DNA of 51,159 nucleotides, the filler included, from Jimgerdemannia flammicorona (lineage: Eukaryota), in NCBI GenBank assembly GCA_003990765.1. It is 2 parts of 2 records of this genome, joined end to end, with 100 filler letters (N's around TTAATTAATTAA, not from the genome) between each part and the next. Parts side by side here need not be neighbours in the genome. Positions count along the whole stretch, not along the records: positions 25,634 to 51,159 come from RBNJ01000823.1; 1 more part is not named here. The stretch is one strand, 5' to 3'. A program made the translations under genes and the position numbers. The notes beneath the pieces were generated by a model. The model worked only from the letters and a program-made list of their open reading frames with translations, did not search any database and was not told where the DNA came from. Positions 25,534-36,522 of this stretch are shown here, one piece after another. Numbering within the stretch: the stretch's first letter is position 1; each line of letters opens with the position of its first letter.

Positions 25534-25632
25534 NNNNNNNNNNNNNNNNNNNNNNNNNNNNNNNNNNNNNNNNNNNNTTAATTAATTAANNNNNNNNNNN
25601 NNNNNNNNNNNNNNNNNNNNNNNNNNNNNNNN
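25534..25632. other. Assembly gap containing the artificial six-frame-stop linker TTAATTAATTAA (25578-25589)
   Basis: N-runs either side of TTAATTAATTAA. Confidence 0.95.
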
Positions 25633-25637
25633 NTTTT

Positions 25638-25672
<35 letters not shown>

Positions 25673-27976
25673 GTTACTTGGACTCTATCTTTATTACAGT
25701 CTATGAATAAGTATACAATATTACCACCTACTATCCAATTCCCATAGGGGGGCCCCTCCCCACCTCTTCATGGATAAAGACCACCCTCTCACTAATGACT
25801 CTAACTCTCCCACCACTCTGACCACAAATTTTCTCCACTAAGTGGTACCTTCGACCCCTCTGCAGCCCCCAACCAAGCCACCAGCCTGTCAAGGTGTCCT
25901 CCATAAGGTACTGCCACCATGATAACTGGCTCCCCAAGCTCTGTCATCTCTCCTCCTCAAAAACAAATAGCTAGTGACTGGCTAGCCTAACCCAAATAGC
26001 AAATGCCCAGCCTAAGGTAATCCACTCCACCTCTACCCCTCCTACCAATTGATCCCTCAGGTCCTCCCACCTCTACCCCTTCTACCAATCGATCCCTCAG
26101 GTCCTCCCACCTCTCCCATACATCATCTCCCCTACGTCTCACCCCCAAGTGGTCCCCAATGGCCTGCCAAAAGTCTCCTAACACCTCACACTCTCCTAGC
26201 CAATGTTCTGGCATCTGTACAAATCCCCCTTCCTGCCCTACATTATGGCACTCCTTACAGTCAAAGCAACCTCCCATGATAAGGTGTCCTGAGTGGAAGT
26301 TGAGCATCACATTCCTCCTTAGTATATGCCACCAGACCACCCAGTACTTCAGCAGCATCCATTTTTTCACTCTGGCACTCTAGGTCCAAACACCATGCTA
26401 GTCCCACTCCTCTCCAATTCCAACTCCTTGCCAACCACTAGGCCACAGATCCTGGCCCAGTCCCCTTTGGTATTCAACTCTATCACCAATGTCAAATTCA
26501 AGCAAAGGTATGCTGCCCAGAAGAATGCCATCCTATCTCTACATTGCTGGGTCCCAAGCCCTCTCTCCCTCATTCCCTTGCCAGTGAATACCAATGCGGT
26601 GTGCCCCCTCTGCTATCCCCCACCAGAAACCTTTATATCACAATTGTGCAGTATTCGGAAGTCCAACTAATGAGAGAAGATCACCAGTCGAGCCTCTTGG
26701 TGATGACTGCCTCTCCCAGACCTTCTGCAGCAGGGGAACCCAACCCCCTTCCTGCAACTCCACCACCCTCTTAAGCCACTATGCCCTCAAGTAGTGTAGT
26801 CATTTGGGAAAGTCCACCAGCTCAAGACCACCTCTCACTACCAGTAGGGACAAGATCTCTCAACTGATCTGACTCCATCTGCCAGCCCAAATCCATCCCT
26901 TGGCCACCTTCACCAATCTCTTCACTACCCAGGCTGGGAAGTCCAGATGATAAGCCAAATACCACAGCTTCGGCAGCCAGTATACATTCAAAATCGAGAT
27001 CCTTCCTGCCAGAGAAAAGTGTCTTCCCCCCCAACCCCGCAGGTCCTCCTCCCAAATTCCAACTCACTGCTCCCACTATAGTCTGGGCAGAACAGACCCA
27101 TAGACTGACAAATAGATGCCCAAGTACTGCACTACCTCACTGGTGGGGACAATTGTTCCAATAACTTCTCCTCCCACCAGGCTATTGCTCAGCACCATTG
27201 TTTCACACTTGTACCAATTCAGCTTTGCCCCAGAGTACTCCTCATACCACTCCACTGTCTTCTTGAGCTCCTTAACATCAGCAATCACTCCCAAACCAAC
27301 CACCATATCATCAGCAAAGGCTCCAACTTTTTAGCCAATGCTATAGATAGAGAGCCTCACTATCCTCTGCCGAATTCTGTCTATTAGGAGTTCCAAGGAA
27401 AGAATATACAAAATGGGGGACAGTGGGTCCCCCTGGGGCACCCCCCTATCCAGAGGGAATGCTACCCCTCTATGCCCATTACACATGAGCACAGCCCTAC
27501 TCCCTTCCAGTAGGCTGACCATTGCTGACCGAAATTGGACTGGAACTCCAATTCTATCTAATACTTTCACCAGCCAGACTCATCGCACCCAGTCATAAGC
27601 CTTCTCCTAGTCCAAGAAGACAAGATGCCCATTCAGTCCACAGGCTCTAGTACCTTCAATAACTCCATATACCCAGGCTGTGCTATCTCTAATAAGCCGA
27701 CCTCCTATAAAGCCCCTCTGCTCAACACCTACAATTTGCTGGGCTACCTTCTGTAGCCTTGTGACCACCACCTTAGTCACCAACTTTCTGTCCATATCTA
27801 GCAACATTATCGGCTGCCAGTTCTTCCAATCCTCTTGCCTTCCTTTGTTCTTATAAAGTAGCATCACCAGCCCAAGATCCTGCTTCCCCACTCATCTCCC
27901 TGACTGCAATATAAAGTCACACAGTGCTGTCAACTCCCCCAACATGCCTGGGACTCCAACCATTCGCTTCCAGAAG
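25633..27976 (-). mobile_element. LINE (L1/Tx1-like) RT to 3' end with poly(A), truncated at an LTR
   Basis: KNWQPIMLLDMDRKLVTK, EQRGFIGGR, LD*EKAYD, RGVPQGDPLSPILY, AFADD, YLGI, C-terminal CxxC...EHWLGEC. Poly(T) on the plus strand at 25633-25669. Confidence 0.92.
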
Positions 27977-30012
27977 TGTAAGAGGGTTACTTTTTAGAGT
28001 AACTGTTACGTAGTTCTGGAAGGGTTTTCTGGATATTCTGGATGTTCTGGAAGACTGTTTTCTTATGGTCAAGATCAATTTCGTATAGAGTACATCCTCT
28101 ATACTTATTGATTTCAAATCGGGTTGACGTCTCAACCAAAGTCCTTTTCCGGACTAGTTCTAGATATTCAGGATTTTCCATATTTCAGGAAGTTCGAGAA
28201 ACTAAGACCAGCTTAGTCGAATTGGCGTATCACTGTAGACAATACCCAATTAGGAAATTTCGTGATGGGGTTAGGAGTAGGACCTAACAGGGAGCGGATT
28301 TACTTAAGAGTGGTTTGTGAGTTATGGAATAGGTTTATTTACTATTCATGATATTGCTATACTAGGAGTATTTGTGTGAAGGGATATTGTGGGGAAGTGC
28401 TCAGGAGTTGTGTTCAGATTGTTCAAGTCTGAGATTCTGAGGTCTGGGGGAGGGGGTATTTATACTAGTGAGGGGCTATCTGGACTATGCTGAATATGGA
28501 TGTAGCACTAAGTGCCTTGCTGAGTCAGAATGCAGTCATGTAGTACAAGTGTGATCTGACATGTCAAGAGATCATCTGACTGCTGAGTCAGTTCACAGTC
28601 ATGTCATACAAGACTAATCTATCTATACTATGACTGCTAGACTATTTATAGGTTTTAGGCACTATCTGGGTAGTCTTCAATGACATTACCATCGATTGCA
28701 TCATCTCTGATAAAGTAGTTGTCTAGAAAGAGTGGTTTGCGGATTACTTCTCCTTGTTGGCTGAGGTAGTAATACATTGGGACTTCATCTCTGTCCCATA
28801 GGATACATAGCATCGTCTGTTTCGTATGCTGGATAAGGTGTTGGTGGGCGAAGGATGGGTGTATTGTCTTCGCTTTCATCAGATTTACTGTCTGCGTACC
28901 TTCTATAGGTTACTGCACTATACGTTGCAGGATTGTAGTAAGCTGGCAGCTGTGGTTCGTGTCGCTTGTACTCAGATAATGGAGTGGTTGGTTCAATCTC
29001 GAGGGTTGTCTGGAGGTACAGGTTGTGTTCTCCAGTCTCTTCATTGTAGTTGAAGTAGTCAGGGGTAAATGCGGGTTGGTATTTGTACCAGTGGTCATTG
29101 TCTCAATAAGTTTCATATGTGGTTATGAACTATTGTAGATTCATTGGTAAGTTTGGCGGTGTGATCAGGGTTGGCAGAGATCCTTGGCTAGAGGTCATGT
29201 CGGCATCAGAGGGATCATTGTCTTCTGCTTCATCTTCATCGAAGTGGATTATATCGTAGACATCCTTCATGGTGTATCCGACTTGAGGCATTTGTAGAAT
29301 ATGGTCATCAGGGTGTGGGAAGGTTCTGTCTGTGGTCTGGACATATTCGAGGTACTTGTGGTTGAGTTCTTGTATCATGTCATCGATTTGGCCATAGGAT
29401 AGAGTAGCAACCATTTCGCTGGTAGTAACTCGGAGGCAGGGAATAAAGGTGTTATACTCATAGAAGAGTTCTCGATGTTTGCGGGTGATGAGCTTCTGGT
29501 GTTGAGACATCTGGGTAATGTCTGTATCATGGTGGTGTTCGACCATATCTTCTAGGAGGTGGCCAATCTGGTAGTAGCTTGAGATTTGTCCGATTCAGTG
29601 GGCCTCGCTAAGCATGTTCAGGGCATTCCATCAGGCTTCCACGAAGTAGAGGGGTGCCAGGCTATGGATATTCATGAGGGGCAGAGGGGGTGTGGCTCGG
29701 TTGACAATGGCATTCCAAATGTCAGTGTGGATACGGTTGTAGATCTCAGTGGTCATATTTGTATATTTGGAAGTTATAGTTGTTGTTTGTTTTGGTTCTC
29801 TGATTCGATACATCTTGGTGCTCAGTATATATGCATTTGGTCCTAATTGGTAAGATTCTGTTTGTGTAAATCTTGTGTTCTGTGACTTTGTATTGACTCA
29901 GCTTTGTGTGCTGTGACTTCAGTTTGACTCAGCTTTGTAATCAAGCAGGTGATTTCTAGATTTGTTCAGAGGTCGCATATAATTTTGGTGGCTTGGAGGT
30001 TGTGTACTTACA
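27977..30012 (-). repeat. 3' LTR of element 2 (2036 bp), containing a disrupted copy of the U3 ORF (29756-28655)
   Basis: TGTAAG...CTTACA termini. Colinear with 36523-38552, differing mostly by transitions at CpG. Confidence 0.95.
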
Positions 30013-30449
30013 ACTCTCCCCTTCTTAGCTTTCGACGTCCTCATCAGGGTCTTCTAATTTGTTCTAGTATTGTTACACCGTTTGGGAGGTCAAAAGTCTG
30101 GTAAGGTCCATTTTCTCAGAAAGTGGCATGCTCATAGTACAGTTGCCTAACACGTTGGATTCATATGTTAAAGGGTCATATGTTTAATGCCGTGCGCTGG
30201 AAGTGATTCTGACGTCATTCACTGCTGGAGAATTTCCTCTAAGGAATCTTCTTAAATGTCTATGCCTTGTTTCCCACCAGTGGTACAGGGAGAATAGGCT
30301 TACTTTTAGTTTTGCTATTTTTCCAGGGATTCAGTATTCTTATCTTGTTTTGCTGAGTTCTTGACTTGGTTTGTGATAGTTATAATGTTCAGGAGAATAA
30401 TATATAGTATGTACAGATAGGTGTGGAATATTTGGTTCTAGTTGTTCAA

Positions 30450-31840
30450 GGAATCATATTCCTGAACTAGGTCAGTAGCATTCTGGAGATTGATCTTGGG
30501 TTCCCAGGTTGCATCATGGATCGGGTAACCTTTCCATTTGACAAGATACTCAGGATGGTTCTTGTTGCCACGTTTGTTGAGGATTTGTTCAACTTCATAC
30601 TCTTCTTGGTTATTAATAATGACAGGTGCAGGTGGTTTGGTGGCCCGATTTGGAAATAGCTTGTCATCATTGTCATTGTATCGCTTGAGATATTGAACAT
30701 TAAAGACTGGGTGAATCTTAATGGTGTCCAGTAGCGCCAGTTTGTAGGAGGTTGGAGAGACTTGTGCAATGACTTCAAATAGTCCAATGAACTTGCTGTT
30801 CAGCTTTGTGGATGGTCTGTGCTTGAGGTTGTCAATTCGGTATCCTCTGATGTCTAGTAGGACTTTTTCTCCAATATCAAAAGTTTCTTCTTGACGGTGT
30901 TGGTTAACATACTGTGACTGTTGTTCTTGAGCTCATGATAAATTCTCAATTGTGATCTGGCTTAGATTGCGCATTTGAAGTAGGAATTCTTCAACAGCTT
31001 CGACTGTGGAGGGTTCATCAGTAGTTCGGATAAGTATTAAAGAGGTGTTTGGATTTTGTCTAGTATTAGCGAAGAATGGGGTCATTCCAAGAGAGACTTG
31101 CTTATAGGCAAACTCGACTGCGGTGAGATGTTCATGCCAATCATCTTGTCTGTAGGAGACATAGTTCCTTAGTATTTGTTCCAGAGTTCAGTTCATTCTT
31201 TCGGTTTGGCCATCAGTTTCAGGGTGAAAGGCTGTGGATAGTGCAAGTTTCGTTCTAAGGTGTGCATGGAGGGCTTTCCAAAAATGGCTGGTGAACTTCG
31301 GATCTCAGTTACTAATAATGATCTTAGGAAGACCATGATGGCGGAAGATGTTGTCAAACAAGAGTGTGGCTATGTCTGGTGCTGTTGCAGTAGTGGTAGT
31401 AGGCACAAAGTAGGCTTGTTTGCTGAAATAGTCCACAAAGACAACAATTGCATCTTTTCCATTCTTAGTTTGGGGTAGTTGTACAATGAAGTCCATAGAG
31501 ATTTGTTCCCAATTTGCAGATGGTACTGGGATAGGGTAAAGTAAGCCGGGTTTTGCTAGTGTTGAGGACTTATTTCATTGGCAGGCATCACAGGAAGTGA
31601 TGTAGGTTTTGAGCTGATCTGCTATGTGGGGCCAATAGAAGTTTTGGGAGATAACTTTGTAATATTTATCGAATCCTAAATGTCCAGCTGTAGGGGCATC
31701 ATGACATTCGAATAGGATAGTCCTTCAGAGGTCTCAGTTGTTTGGAACATACAATCTGTCCTTGTAGTAGATAGTATTGTCCTTGAGTTGGTATTGATTG
31801 TACCGGGTATGCTTGTTAGCATCATCATTGTTCAGGATTT
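30450..31840 (-). pseudogene. Integrase + chromodomain of element 2
   Basis: HHCC (ECHDAPTAGHLG...SCDACQ), SMDFIVQLP, GQTERMN, KFIGLF. Chromodomain EEYEVEQIL...YLVKWKGYPIHDATWEP at ~30470-30606. Confidence 0.93.
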
Positions 31841-31841
31841 C

Positions 31842-33900
31842 TCAGAGTGCTTGAGCTTCTTTATCATCAACACATGCTGCTATGATTTGTTCCATGATAG
31901 TGTTGGTAACCAAGGTCAGAGTTTGGATAACCTCTTCGATTGGTGGTCTGGAGATTACATCGGCAACAATATTTTCCTTGCCAGGGCAGTACTGGATTTC
32001 ATAGTCAAAGTTGGTGAGGACTTTCATCCATCTAGCTTGCTTTCGGGAAAGGGTAGCCTGTGTCTTGATATTGACTAATGACTTATGGTCAGTCAATACA
32101 GTAAAGTGTGCTCCTTCTAGGTGTGGTCGCCATTTGATCAGAGTGTCTATGATGGCTAGCATTTCCTTCTTATGAGTTGCATAGTTGATTTCAGCATTGT
32201 TGAACTTGCGGGAGTGATAGGCCACAGGGTGTCCTTCTTGCATGAGCACTGCTCCAAGAGCTAGGTCAGAGGCATCAGTAGTAACTTCATATGGTAGGGC
32301 AGGATTTGCTGCTTGAAGTACTGGAGTTGTTATCAAGGCATCCTTCAGTGCTTGAAAGGCAGTATCTTGTTCGGGTCCCCAAGTTACAAGATTGTTGAAG
32401 TCCTTCTCTTGTTTCATGGTCCAGTGTTGTTCTTGTTTCTTGCTATGCTTGGTTATTTGGATGAGAGCAGTAGCAATTTTAGCAAAGTTGGCAACAAATC
32501 GTCTGTAATAGTTTGCTAGTCCCAGGAATGACTGGAGGTCCTTTAGCTTCTTCGGTCTGGGCCAATCTTTGATTGCAGAGATTTTGCTGGGGTCCACTTT
32601 GATTTCTTTCGGAGTGACAATGTGTCCAAGGAATTGGATTTCTTTCAAGAGGAATTTGCATTTGCTGAGTTTTGCGAAGAGCCAGTTTTCTTGGAGTTTC
32701 AGTAGTACTAGTTCAAGGTGTTCAAGATGTTCTTCCAAGGTTTTGCTGAAGACTAGGATGTCGTCAATGTAGACAACAATGAATTTGTCTAGGTATGGAT
32801 GCAGAATAGTATTCATCAGTGTCTGGAAGATTGCTGGAGCATTAGTTAAGCCAAAGGGCATAACTAGGAACTCGAAGTGTCCATAGCAAGTTCGGAAAGC
32901 TGTCTTGTAGATATCTTCTTCTTTCATGGCAATTTGCCAGTAACCATTTTGTAGGTCAAAAGAGCTCATAAATTGTAGGTTGGTGAGCCTATCGAATATT
33001 TCATCAATCCTCAGTAGTGGGCAACAGTTCTTGATGGTCTGCTCATTGAGGTCACGGTAGTCAATGCACATTCACAGGTCTCCTCCTTTTTTGACAACAA
33101 AGAGGACTGGTGCACCATAGAGTGATATGCTGGGTCTAATGAATCCTTGTTCTAGGAGTTTATCAATTTCTTTCTTGAGTACATCGATTTCTCTTGGAGA
33201 CATATGGTAGATTGACTTGAAGGCTGGTTTGGCATCTGGGATAGTCTTGATTGCATGATCTACTGCTCGTTTGGGAGGTAGGCCTTTCGGGAGCTTCTTT
33301 GGGAATATGTCTCGGAATTTCTGGAGTAGTGGTCTGACATGGCTGTCAACTTTGGAAAAATCTTCTTCAGAGTTCTCGTGTTCTCCTTTGGATGGTCGGA
33401 TGGAGATGGCGAAGAGAGGACATTTCTTGGCCAATTTCTTAAGTTGTAGCTTGTTGATGTGAGTGATCTTTGGTCCAGGGTTACTAGAGTTGAGTGAGTC
33501 CTTTTCGCCTTGTAGTTTGAAGTTGTGGCGTCCTTTCTTGATGGTCAGAGAATGGTTTACCCAATTGATCATGGAGTTTTCTCGTTTTAACCATGGAGTC
33601 CCAAGGATGATTTCATTGTCAGGAAGTGGTACAATTTGGAGGGTAACATGTACTCAGTAGTCACCAATTCGGAAGGGTAGATTGTGGACTTCTTTGCTAA
33701 TAACATGTGAGGTTCCATCAGCTGTAGAAACTGCTTGAGTTTGCTGTACTGGAGAGGTGAAGATCTTGAGTCTGTTGGCTGTTTCCTCATTGATGAAGTT
33801 GCCTGAGGCACTACTGTCTATCATAATCTTGACAGGTGCTCCATTGACAAAAGCCTTAAGGGTGAGCAGTTTGTCTGATCCAATAGTAGTGATTTCAGTT
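31842..33900 (-). pseudogene. Protease-RT-RNase H of element 2
   Basis: IMIDSSASGNF (PR), [25 protein letters not shown] (RT), [13 protein letters not shown] (RH). Several CGA>TGA-type stops. Confidence 0.95.
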
Positions 33901-34088
33901 GTAGGAGTCTTTCTTCTATTGGTTCTTCTTTGAGCTAGTTCGTTGACACAAGAGAAGCAATTATCAATCATTCGGGAAGAGTACATTCCAATACCATGAG
34001 GGCATTGGCCACTTGGTACATATCCATCTTCTATCTTCTTGTAGAATTGTTCTTCTTTGCTCATGGTAGGTTGGGCTGGGGCCTTGTT

Positions 34089-34500
34089 TGATGAGCCAAA
34101 TCCTTTGGATCCTTGGATGGTGGGTAGTAGTTCAGAGACTTCCTTGACTGTCAGAGTTGACTTGATTTTTTCAAATAAGATCTGGGTAATGCAGAAGCCA
34201 ATAGGGATCTTGAAGGGTATCCAACTGTGGTTTCGAATAAGGATAATGATTTCGCCTATGTAATCTTCATCAATGACTCCTCCTTCTACTGAGAGTCCTT
34301 TCAATGCTAGGCTACTGCGATAGCATATTCTTCCAACATGTCCTTCAGGGATTTGGATACTGATTCCTGTATAGACTTGTTTGACTTCTCAGTTGGAAAC
34401 TGTAGCTTCTTCGGCTGTATACAGGTCATATCTGGCTGCTTTTTGACTTCCTTTAGTTGGGGCCTTAGCAGTTTGTCTTAACTTGACAAAGTCTAGTGTT
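34089..34500 (-). pseudogene. dut: dUTPase domain inside the polyprotein, between the gag zinc knuckle and protease
   Basis: LDFVKL..AKAPTKGSQKAARYDLY; TGISIQIPEGHVGRICYRSSLALKGLSVEGGVIDEDYIGEI; ITQIL; QGSKGFGSS, corresponding to trimeric dUTPase motifs 1-5. In frame with gag and PR. Confidence 0.92.
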
Positions 34501-36518
34501 CTGGTGGTCAGGTTGTTAAGATGGTGCAGAGTGGTAACAGTTGCTTATATTGCTGTTCAGGGTTTTCAGTTAGGGCAGGCACTGGCCATGTGTCCTGTCT
34601 TTCAGCAATAGAAGCATGCTCTGCTTCTTCGAAGTTCATTCCTTTTGCCTTTAGTAAGTTTCTTGAAGGTACTTGGCTGGGTGGGTTCATGATTTCTGGG
34701 TGTCCAAGAGGTGGATGTAGAGGGAGCTCAAGATGCTTCATGCTTGGGTTCTTCTTTATTGGTCCAAGTCTTTTCCTTATTGTTAAATTGTCTTCGAGGC
34801 AGAATTGGTCCAGCTATTAGGATTTGCTTAACCATGGTCTTGATTCTTGCCAGGCACCATTGTTGGTGATCACAACCAACTGAGCAGTCTTGTTCTCGGA
34901 TTTTTCTAGTAAGCTATTCAGGCAGGGCATCAAATAAATGGTCTGCTCTTGTACTATTTCGTGCTTCATTGTTGGCAATATATCCTAGGCCAACAGTGTT
35001 CAGGAGTGACTCGAGTTTTATACAGAAGGTTTCGAATTCTTCCTTGCCATGTACATCAAATTTGAGGTTGTGGAGTTTTACTCGAGATTCAGCGATCATG
35101 GTTTTGCTGCGGTATTGAGCAATCATGAGTTGTTTAAGTCCAGGGGCTGCAGAATGGGCTCCATATCCTGGGGCATTATTTGCTGCATTCTGGGCAACTA
35201 CTGCAGATCACATATCCCATATGAGGGGTTTTTCAGGAAGGGTTCGCCACCATTCTTCGGCAGGTCCTCGGAAGAATGTAACAACTCGGCGGACATAGGC
35301 TATAGTGGTAGCAAAGAGTTGTTCCAGAGTGTGGTCTTGATTGTTTGTCAGAACGCGGTCAGCAACTCACTCATTAGTCCATTGATTGGCTTCGAAGTTG
35401 GTGTCAACTACACTAATGAAGCTTTGGACTTCTTGTGTAGTACCATTAAAGGTAGGTAGGCTCAGATTTTTGGTAGGTTGGGTCTGTTCAGCTAAGGCAG
35501 TAATGGTTGCTACCATTATAGCTACCTGGGCTGTGAGGTCTAGAATCTGTTAGTTCACCATGTTGATTGCTGGAGGCAGTTGGACTGCTGGTAGTGGTGT
35601 TACTGGTACTACTTGAGGTACTGGTGCAGAGTATGATGGGGTTCTTTAGGTCTGTGTAAGTTGCTGGAGTAGTAGTTGTGGGTCTGGAGTGAGGGCTTGA
35701 TAGATGGCTGTTTGTTGCTGTGTAGGTGTATTCTGTCCTGATGGATGTGTGTCTCCTTCAGTGGTGTATCCGGGATCGAATTCGGTGAGATACTCCTCCT
35801 CCTCTTTGATTTGGTCCCCCTGTAATTGGGTTTGCTCAGCATCAAAGTAGACAGAATCAGTTATATATCTGATTTCAGACAGACTTAATTCAAAGTCAAG
35901 TTCAGGTTCAGTATTGGTTTCAGATTCAGGTAGGGCTGTAGCAGGGCCTGCTTCAGGTTCAGGGTCAGGCAGTTGATGAAGGGTTTCTCTTGCTTCTTCT
36001 TTAAGGATATGGCGGGTCTTGCTGTTCTGGAATCAGTAGTATAAGGCAGTCTTGGTCCTGGTACAGTGAAAGTCGGTAGAGTTGAGCCACTTGGCTATAG
36101 AGGCTTGGGCTTTGTGAGGAAGTAAGGCTAGAAAGACTGCTGCTGGTTGTCCTAGGTCGCTCGGATTTGTGGAGCTGACAAAACTCTTGTTGAGAAGAGT
36201 AAAGAAGACTTCAATAAGACTTTCTTCATCTTGACTTGCTGGGTGTAGTGCAAGGAGTTCGGTGAATAGGGTTTTGCCTATTTGCTGATTTAACTGGAGT
36301 ATTTCTTTCTTGGAATAAAGTTTGTCCCACTTGTTGCAAGTGTGGAGGTCAAATTGTCCTTGTACGTCAGGTTCAATTCTCTCCAGATTGTCAGATGGTT
36401 CGAATAAATTCCAGTTCAGAGGTTGGGCTTTATACCAACTTGTAGGAATTTGCAGAGGGGTTTGTAGCAGGGTGAGGAAGCGTCTTGAAGCAGAATTGGA
36501 TTGTAAACTGCTGCTACC
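34500..36518 (-). pseudogene. gag of element 2 with long N-terminal extension
   Basis: LPTFNG capsid-start motif at ~35460, FFRGPAEEWW, CCHC knuckle CFYC*KTGHMASAC (~34575-34620). The frame extends upstream to the PBS with only C>T-type stops. Confidence 0.8.
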
Positions 36519-36522
36519 AAGT

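Noticed and set aside
25578..25589. Palindromic TTAATTAATTAA island
   Set aside because: Artificial scaffolding linker within Ns, not biological. T-runs on both sides are compatible with one LINE poly(A) tail, but adjacency is unproven.
27987..28181. 64-aa ORF in U5 of element 2, possibly frameshifting into gag
   Set aside because: ATG is absent and there is a 1-nt indel in the other LTR; no canonical slippery heptamer.
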